A DNA stretch of 64,000 nt from an uncultured Planctomycetia bacterium. GTDB lineage: Bacteria; Omnitrophota; Gorgyraeia; Tantalellales; Tantalellaceae. The notes under the pieces are model-generated. The model saw only the letters and a program-made list of their open reading frames with translations. It was not told the DNA's origin and ran no database searches. Both the position numbers and the translations under genes were made by a program. Shown in pieces: positions 58,633 to 64,000 of the stretch (position 1 is its first letter; every line of letters begins with the position of its first letter). The stretch lies in contig CAZGQR010000002.1 of the NCBI GenBank assembly GCA_964527765.1, forward strand, positions 135,701 through 199,700, written 5' to 3'.

Positions 58633-58661
58633 TTGACAAACCGCCTCAATGAAAATATACT
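58633..58661 (+). promoter_or_regulatory. Strong sigma70-consensus promoter (TTGACA-N17-TATACT) for the speH polyamine cluster, followed by a ~125-nt U-tract-rich leader
   Basis: ttgaca at 58633-58638, tatact at 58656-58661. Confidence 0.5.
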
Positions 58662-58789
58662 TTTGTAAACTGGATTAATATATATCAGCTGAGCAGATAA
58701 GGTTAAGTGGGTCAGGGGAGTTTTTTTTCGCTCTGTTTTTTTTCGAACTTTCCTGGCCGGAAAGCGCTGACAAAAATGGAGGAAGAAAA

Positions 58790-59206
58790 ATGAAAGAGGT
58801 GAGAACGGAAACATTTGGTCCGCATTTGATGCTGGACCTCATGGAGTGCAACACCGAAAAGCTCGGGGATTACAACCTGGTATTTGACGTCCTGAACGAT
58901 CTTCCTGAAAAGATCGGTATGACAAAGATCACCCAGCCGTATGTATTCCCTTATTCGGGTCTTGTCCCGGAGGATAAAGGGGTGACCGGGACCGTGATCA
59001 TCGCCGAAAGCCACATCTCGGTGCATACATTTCAGGAGAAGGACCATTGTTTCGTGGATGTATTTTCCTGCAAGCATTTTGACGTGGACTTTGCCGCTGA
59101 GTACCTCATAAACGCTTTTGAGTCAAAGAGGTACGACAAGTACGTTGTTAACAGGGGCAAAAACTTTGTAAGATACGGACAGCCCGAAGAAGCAGCGGTC
59201 GCTTGA
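58790..59206 (+). CDS. speH: S-adenosylmethionine decarboxylase proenzyme, small (class 1b, SpeH-type)
   Basis: GPHLMLDL..C, ..IAESHISVHTFQEK.. (autoprocessing/pyruvoyl site ES). Confidence 0.85.
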   Translation: MKEVRTETFGPHLMLDLMECNTEKLGDYNLVFDVLNDLPEKIGMTKITQPYVFPYSGLVPEDKGVTGTVIIAESHISVHTFQEKDHCFVDVFSCKHFDVDFAAEYLINAFESKRYDKYVVNRGKNFVRYGQPEEAAVA

Positions 59207-59226
59207 CCCCGCGTTTGGAAATATCG

Positions 59227-60093
59227 ATGAATAAGCAAAGTTGCTTTGGGGGCTTGGACAGGGTATTCACGGAATGGGACAGGTCGGAGATAGCGATCCT
59301 CCCAGTCCCTTATGACAAGACAAGCACATGGATCAAGGGGGCCGACAAGGGCCCCCTTGCTATTATAGAGGCCTCCTCCGCCGTCGAGCTTTACGACATC
59401 GAGACGGACCTTGAGGTCTATAAGCGGGGCATACATACCTGCGGTCCGCTCGCGACAAGCTCTCCTCCGGAGGAGATGGTCCGCGAGGCCGAAGGAAAGG
59501 TCCTTGAGCTCCTGGAAGCGGGCAAGTTCGTCGTGACGCTCGGCGGGGAGCACTCGGTCAGTATCGGTCCCGTGAAAGCGCACAGCGCCAGATTCAAGGA
59601 CTTCTCCGTCCTCCAGCTTGACGCGCACCTGGACATGAGGGACGAATACGAGGGCAGCCGCTGCAACCACGCGTGCGTCGCATCCCGCGTGAGGGAAATA
59701 TGCCCGGTCGTCCAGGTGGGCATAAGGAGCATGTCCGTGGAAGAAAAGAGCGGCCTGGATGCCGAGAACGTGTTCTTTGCCAGGGATATCATCGGGGAAG
59801 GCGCCTGGATAAGCAGGGTGGTGGAACGGCTTTCACGGAACGTGTATGTCACCATAGACCTTGATGTCTTTGACCCGTCCATAATGCCGTCCACGGGGAC
59901 TCCGGAGCCGGGCGGGCTCACATGGTACCCGGTCATCGATCTTTTGAAAGCCGTGACCGAAAAAAGGAACGTAGCGGGTTTTGACGTCGTGGAACTCTGC
60001 CCGGTCGAAACCGACAGGTCACCGGACTTCATGGCGGCAAAACTGGTTTACAAGTTCTTAAGCTACATATACAAGGGCAGGCCTGTATCGTAA
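59227..60093 (+). CDS. speB: Agmatinase (ureohydrolase/arginase family). ATG 59227 is preferred over the TTG at 59203.
   Basis: ..GGEHSVSIG.., LQLDAHLDMRDEYEGS, VTIDLDVFDPSIMPSTGTPEPGGL. Confidence 0.85.
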   Translation: MNKQSCFGGLDRVFTEWDRSEIAILPVPYDKTSTWIKGADKGPLAIIEASSAVELYDIETDLEVYKRGIHTCGPLATSSPPEEMVREAEGKVLELLEAGKFVVTLGGEHSVSIGPVKAHSARFKDFSVLQLDAHLDMRDEYEGSRCNHACVASRVREICPVVQVGIRSMSVEEKSGLDAENVFFARDIIGEGAWISRVVERLSRNVYVTIDLDVFDPSIMPSTGTPEPGGLTWYPVIDLLKAVTEKRNVAGFDVVELCPVETDRSPDFMAAKLVYKFLSYIYKGRPVS

Positions 60094-60109
60094 AGAGGGA
60101 AGTGGAAAT

Positions 60110-61126
60110 ATGAAGAAAAAAGACATTCTTAAAGATCCCGTGAAGCACGTCGATATAAAAAGCTTTGACGCGACGGATATCGTGGAATCCATGAAGGAGA
60201 TGTCGTTCACCGCCCGCGATCTGGGCCGCGCGTCGGAGATATTCGACATGATGCTTCGCGACAAGGGCTGCACGATATTTCTGGCGCTCGCCGGCAGCAC
60301 CAGCGCCGGGGGATGCATGCAAGTTTACACCGATATGGTCAAGAGCAACATGGTCGATGCCGTGATCGCCACGGGCGCCAGCATCGTGGACATGGATTTC
60401 TTCGAGGCGCTGGGGTTCAGGCATTACAAGGGGACACAGAACATTGACGACAATAAACTGAGGCGCCTTTATATCGACAGGATATACGACACCTTCATCG
60501 ACGAGGAAGATCTCCAGAAGTGCGACGCGACCGTCGCGAAGATAGCCGATTCCCTCGAAAAGCGCCCGTATTCGTCCCGCGAATTCATACGGGAAATGGG
60601 CAAATACCTCACCAAAAAAGCGAAAAAGAAGGATTCCCTGATCCAGGCCTCTTACGAAAAGGGCGTCCCGATATTCTGCCCGGCATTCTCGGACTCCAGC
60701 GCGGGGTTCGGGCTTGTCCTCCATCAGTGGAAGAACAAAAAAGATCATCTCTCCATAGATTCGGTGAAGGATTTTCTGGAACTTACAAAAATAAAGATAG
60801 CGTCCAAGAGCTCAGGGCTTCTTATTATCGGCGGCGGGGTGCCGAAGAATTTCGTCCAGGATACCGTGATCTGTGCCGAGATCCTGGGGGAGAAGGTGGA
60901 CATGCACAAGTACGCCGTGCAGATCACCGTGGCGGATGCCCGCGACGGCGCCTGTTCGGGTTCCACGCTGCAGGAGGCGTCCTCGTGGGGCAAGGTCGAT
61001 ACGGCCTACGAGCAGATGGTCTACGCCGAAGCCACGTCCGTCCTGCCTCTTCTGGCCAGCTACGCCTACCATAAAGGAAGCTGGAAAAAACGCAAGAAGC
61101 GGAACTGGGCGAAACTGTTCGACTGA
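60110..61126 (+). CDS. Deoxyhypusine synthase-like protein (DHS family; in bacteria it often acts as a homospermidine synthase-type enzyme)
   Basis: ..SFTARDLGRASEIFDMM..CTIFLALAGSTSAGG..VDAVIATGASIVDMDFFEALG.. NAD-binding DHS fold signature. Confidence 0.8.
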   Translation: MKKKDILKDPVKHVDIKSFDATDIVESMKEMSFTARDLGRASEIFDMMLRDKGCTIFLALAGSTSAGGCMQVYTDMVKSNMVDAVIATGASIVDMDFFEALGFRHYKGTQNIDDNKLRRLYIDRIYDTFIDEEDLQKCDATVAKIADSLEKRPYSSREFIREMGKYLTKKAKKKDSLIQASYEKGVPIFCPAFSDSSAGFGLVLHQWKNKKDHLSIDSVKDFLELTKIKIASKSSGLLIIGGGVPKNFVQDTVICAEILGEKVDMHKYAVQITVADARDGACSGSTLQEASSWGKVDTAYEQMVYAEATSVLPLLASYAYHKGSWKKRKKRNWAKLFD

Positions 61127-61163
61127 CCGGACGCCCGCGCCGCGCTTTTTCACGAAGATCGAT

Positions 61164-63626
61164 ATGGCAAACTACGATTTCAATAAGATCGAGAAAAAAT
61201 GGCAGAAGCGCTGGAAAAAGGAAAAGCTCTTTGAGGCCGATATAAAAGATCCTTCCGACAAGTATTACTGCCTCATGATGTTCCCTTACCCCTCGGCGGC
61301 GCTTCACGTGGGGCACGGCCGCAACTATATCATAGGGGACGTCGTGGCCAGGTACAACATGATGAGAGGGCTGAATGTCCTGACGCCAATGGGGTGGGAC
61401 GCGTTCGGCCTTCCGGCGGAGAACGCCGCCATAAAGGACGGCCTTCACCCGAAGGAATCCACCATGGCCAATATCGCCAGGATGAAACGCCAGATGGATT
61501 CCTGGGGCGTCGAGTATGACTGGAGCCGCGAGGTCACATCATGCCGGCCGGATTACTATAAATGGACGCAGTGGATATTCCTTAAGCTCTTCGAGAAGGG
61601 CCTGGCCTACCGGAAGAAGGCGTTCGTCAACTGGTGCCCTTCCTGCAATACGGTGCTCGCCAACGAACAGGTCATCGACGGGGCCTGCGAGAGGTGCGAC
61701 AGCCAGGTGGAACAGAAGGAGCTGGAGCAGTGGTTTTTCCGGATCACCGATTACGCGCAGAAACTCCTGGATGACCTTGACAAGCTGGACGAATGGCCGG
61801 AGAAGGTAAGGATAATGCAGCGCAACTGGATCGGCCGTTCCGAGGGGGTGAATATAGATTTTCCGATAGCGGGTTCCGACAGGAAGCTCACCTGTTTCAC
61901 CACGCGCGTGGACACCATCTACGGCTGCACCTACATGGTCCTTTCCGCCGAACACCCGATGATAGAGGAGCTCATAGCGGGCAGCCCGGAGAAGGACAAG
62001 ATCAGGAAGTTCGTCCGCGAGGTCCGTAATGAATCGAAGATAAAACGGGTCCAGGCGGGGGAAGAAAAAAAGGGCATATTCACCGGAAAGCACGTGATAA
62101 ACCGGATAAACGGCAGGGAGATCCCGCTGTGGGTAGCCGATTACGTACTTATGGAATACGGCACCGGCGCCGTCATGGCGGTCCCGGCGCATGACCAGAG
62201 GGATTTTGAGTTCGCCAAGAAATACGGCCTCCCCATAGAGGTGGTCATCGATGACCCTTCGGGCCATCTGGAAGCGGATAAAATGACCGCCGCTTATGAG
62301 GATGAAGGCGTCCTTATCAATTCGGCGCAGTTCGACGGCAAGAACAATATAGACGCCATGGACGCCATAGCCGATCACATGGAAAAGGAGAAGATCGGCT
62401 GCAGGGCGGTCCATTACCGCCTGCGCGACTGGCTCATCTCGCGGCAGAGGTACTGGGGAGCCCCCATCCCGGTCGTTTACTGCGACAAGTGCGGCACGGT
62501 CCCCGTCCCCGAGGATGAGCTTCCCGTTCTGCTTCCGGAAGGCATCGAGTTCCGCCCGACGGGGGAGTCGCCCCTGAAAGACGCGCCTGACTTCGTGAGC
62601 GCGAAATGCCCCTCATGCGGCGGCGCGGCGCGGCGCGAGATCGATACCATGGACACCTTTGTCGATTCCAGCTGGTACTACCTGAGATACATATCCCCCA
62701 AAGAGGATAAAAAACCCTTTGACACGAAGGATGTGAACAACTGGCTGCCCGTGGACCAGTATATAGGAGGCGTGGAGCACGCCATACTGCATCTTTTGTA
62801 TTCCCGTTTCATAACCAAGTTCCTCTGCGACACGGGCCGGGTGGGGTTTGACGAGCCGTTCAAGCGGCTTTTCACGCAGGGGATGATCATAAGGAACGGC
62901 GCCAAGATGTCCAAATCCAAGGGCAACGTCGTCAGCCCGGACGAACTGATAAAGAAGTACGGCGCCGATACCGTCCGCCTGTACACGCTGTTCATCGGCC
63001 CTCCCGAGAAAGACGCCGAGTGGTCGGACAGGGGGGTCGAAGGGGCTTACCGGTTCCTGAAAAGGGCGTGGAACCTTCTTGAGATCCTGGAGGGCGCGCC
63101 CGAGTCGGGCGGCGATAAAGAAGCCCAGGAAGAACTTCTGCGCAAGATGCACCAGACCATAAAGAAGGTCACCGAGGACATAGACGAAGAGTTCCATTTC
63201 AATACGGCCATAAGCGCGGTCATGGAACTGGTCAACCGGATATACGCGGGGCTGAGCGAGAAGGGCGGGAACTGTTACGCGAAGAAATGCATCGAGGAGG
63301 TCATTAGGAATATGATCCTGCTCCTGGCGCCCTTCGTGCCGCATATAGCCGAGGAGATGAACGAGAAGATGGGAGCCCAAAAAAGCGCTTTCAAGTGCGG
63401 CTGGCCCGCCTTCCGTAAAGATATGCTTCAGGCGGATACGGTCGTCGTTCCCGTGCAGATCAACGGTAAACTGCGGGCCACCATCGAGCTTGCGCGCGGC
63501 CTGGAAGAGAGCAGGGTAAAAGAGATCGTTCTCGGCGACAAGAAGGTCAAGGAATGGCTCGCCGGCAAGAACGTGCGCAAGTGGATAATACTGCCGGACA
63601 AACTGGTGAATATAGTCGCCCAGTGA
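61164..63626 (+). CDS. leuS: Leucyl-tRNA synthetase. Start at ATG 61164 (MANYDFNKIEKKWQ); the ORF-track start at 60873 runs through the previous gene.
   Basis: ..YCLMMFPYPSAALHVGHGRNYIIGDV (HIGH), ..KMSKSKGNVV.. (KMSKS), editing and anticodon-binding regions. Confidence 0.9.
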   Translation: MANYDFNKIEKKWQKRWKKEKLFEADIKDPSDKYYCLMMFPYPSAALHVGHGRNYIIGDVVARYNMMRGLNVLTPMGWDAFGLPAENAAIKDGLHPKESTMANIARMKRQMDSWGVEYDWSREVTSCRPDYYKWTQWIFLKLFEKGLAYRKKAFVNWCPSCNTVLANEQVIDGACERCDSQVEQKELEQWFFRITDYAQKLLDDLDKLDEWPEKVRIMQRNWIGRSEGVNIDFPIAGSDRKLTCFTTRVDTIYGCTYMVLSAEHPMIEELIAGSPEKDKIRKFVREVRNESKIKRVQAGEEKKGIFTGKHVINRINGREIPLWVADYVLMEYGTGAVMAVPAHDQRDFEFAKKYGLPIEVVIDDPSGHLEADKMTAAYEDEGVLINSAQFDGKNNIDAMDAIADHMEKEKIGCRAVHYRLRDWLISRQRYWGAPIPVVYCDKCGTVPVPEDELPVLLPEGIEFRPTGESPLKDAPDFVSAKCPSCGGAARREIDTMDTFVDSSWYYLRYISPKEDKKPFDTKDVNNWLPVDQYIGGVEHAILHLLYSRFITKFLCDTGRVGFDEPFKRLFTQGMIIRNGAKMSKSKGNVVSPDELIKKYGADTVRLYTLFIGPPEKDAEWSDRGVEGAYRFLKRAWNLLEILEGAPESGGDKEAQEELLRKMHQTIKKVTEDIDEEFHFNTAISAVMELVNRIYAGLSEKGGNCYAKKCIEEVIRNMILLLAPFVPHIAEEMNEKMGAQKSAFKCGWPAFRKDMLQADTVVVPVQINGKLRATIELARGLEESRVKEIVLGDKKVKEWLAGKNVRKWIILPDKLVNIVAQ

Positions 63627-63648
63627 ATTCCGGCGGGGACCTGAAAAT

Positions 63649-64000
63649 ATGAAAAGGCTGTTTACGATAATAGCGCTGCTCTTCCTTACGCTGTCATCCG
63701 GCCCCGCCTTTCCGGAAACCCCCGCTTTGGAACGAACCGAAGATTACGCGCCGAACATGCCCGTCCGCGTGATCAGGAAGATCTCCCTCCCGGACGGTTA
63801 TCACGAGGGCCTTTTCTTTGACGTGGATTACATATGGGTGAGTAACGGGAAGGGCCAGAAGACCTGGATCATCGAGATAGACAGCGGAACAGTGGTGTCA
63901 AAGATAGAACCGGTCGGCAGTTTTACCGAGGGCATAGCGCCGGCCGGCGACGGCACTTACTGGGTGACGGACTGGGAAGACAAAAGACTGTACCGCGTGA
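63649..64000 (+). CDS. Secreted protein, 3'-truncated by the window; possibly a glutamine-cyclotransferase-like beta-propeller protein
   Basis: Signal peptide MKRLFTIIALLFLTLSSGPAFP; ..YHEGLFFD.., ..FTEGIAPAGDGTYWVTDWEDKRLYRV (cf. QC-family FTEGL..G.LY.ST motifs). Weak. Confidence 0.35.
   Translation, partial: MKRLFTIIALLFLTLSSGPAFPETPALERTEDYAPNMPVRVIRKISLPDGYHEGLFFDVDYIWVSNGKGQKTWIIEIDSGTVVSKIEPVGSFTEGIAPAGDGTYWVTDWEDKRLYRV

Overview
A 64 kb bacterial chromosomal segment (roughly 50% GC, AGGAGG-type ribosome-binding sites, many 1-4 nt gene overlaps, mostly + strand genes). The left 20 kb is dominated by one locus. (i) A giant multidomain ORF of at least 5166 aa (58..15558) is still open in frame at the window's 5' edge. 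It contains an SF1B Upf1-like helicase, two GNAT acetyltransferase-like domains, a Hanks-type Ser/Thr kinase domain bracketed by transmembrane hairpins, two separate HEAT-repeat arrays, and three tandem ~126-aa repeats. (ii) Immediately downstream is a co-oriented 1450-aa protein (15608..19960) with a signal peptide, about 15 PBS-lyase-type HEAT repeats and a complete enolase-like domain that keeps the catalytic residues. (iii) The two proteins end in a homologous ~205-aa C-terminal domain that I cannot assign to any known family. This giant-gene pair is the most likely candidate for an undescribed system. The rest of the window is largely housekeeping: pabB/trpE-family pair, ispH, polyprenyl synthase, era, mgtE, purH, folC, mnmE, folE, accA, MlaEFD, gpmI, sat-cysC fusion, speH-speB-deoxyhypusine-synthase-like cluster, leuS, UvrD helicase, Nudix, HAD, tRNA-Leu(CAA) and tRNA-Ala(GGC). 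Embedded in it are a carbohydrate cluster (SPS-like GT4, PRK-family kinase, GT-B-like protein, GH130 phosphorylase, glycogen phosphorylase) and a signalling neighbourhood (RsbW-like kinase + STAS antagonist directly upstream of MlaEFD, two tandem FecR-domain paralogs, a putative outer-membrane beta-barrel, and a CHASE2-PP2C phosphatase), plus a second membrane PP2C phosphatase elsewhere. A ~210 bp array of direct and inverted 22-bp repeats lies in the divergent era/mgtE intergenic region. All domain calls come from motif recognition by eye and no database search was run. The giant-ORF architecture is reminiscent of uncultivated PVC/Omnitrophota-like bacteria, but that is only an impression.
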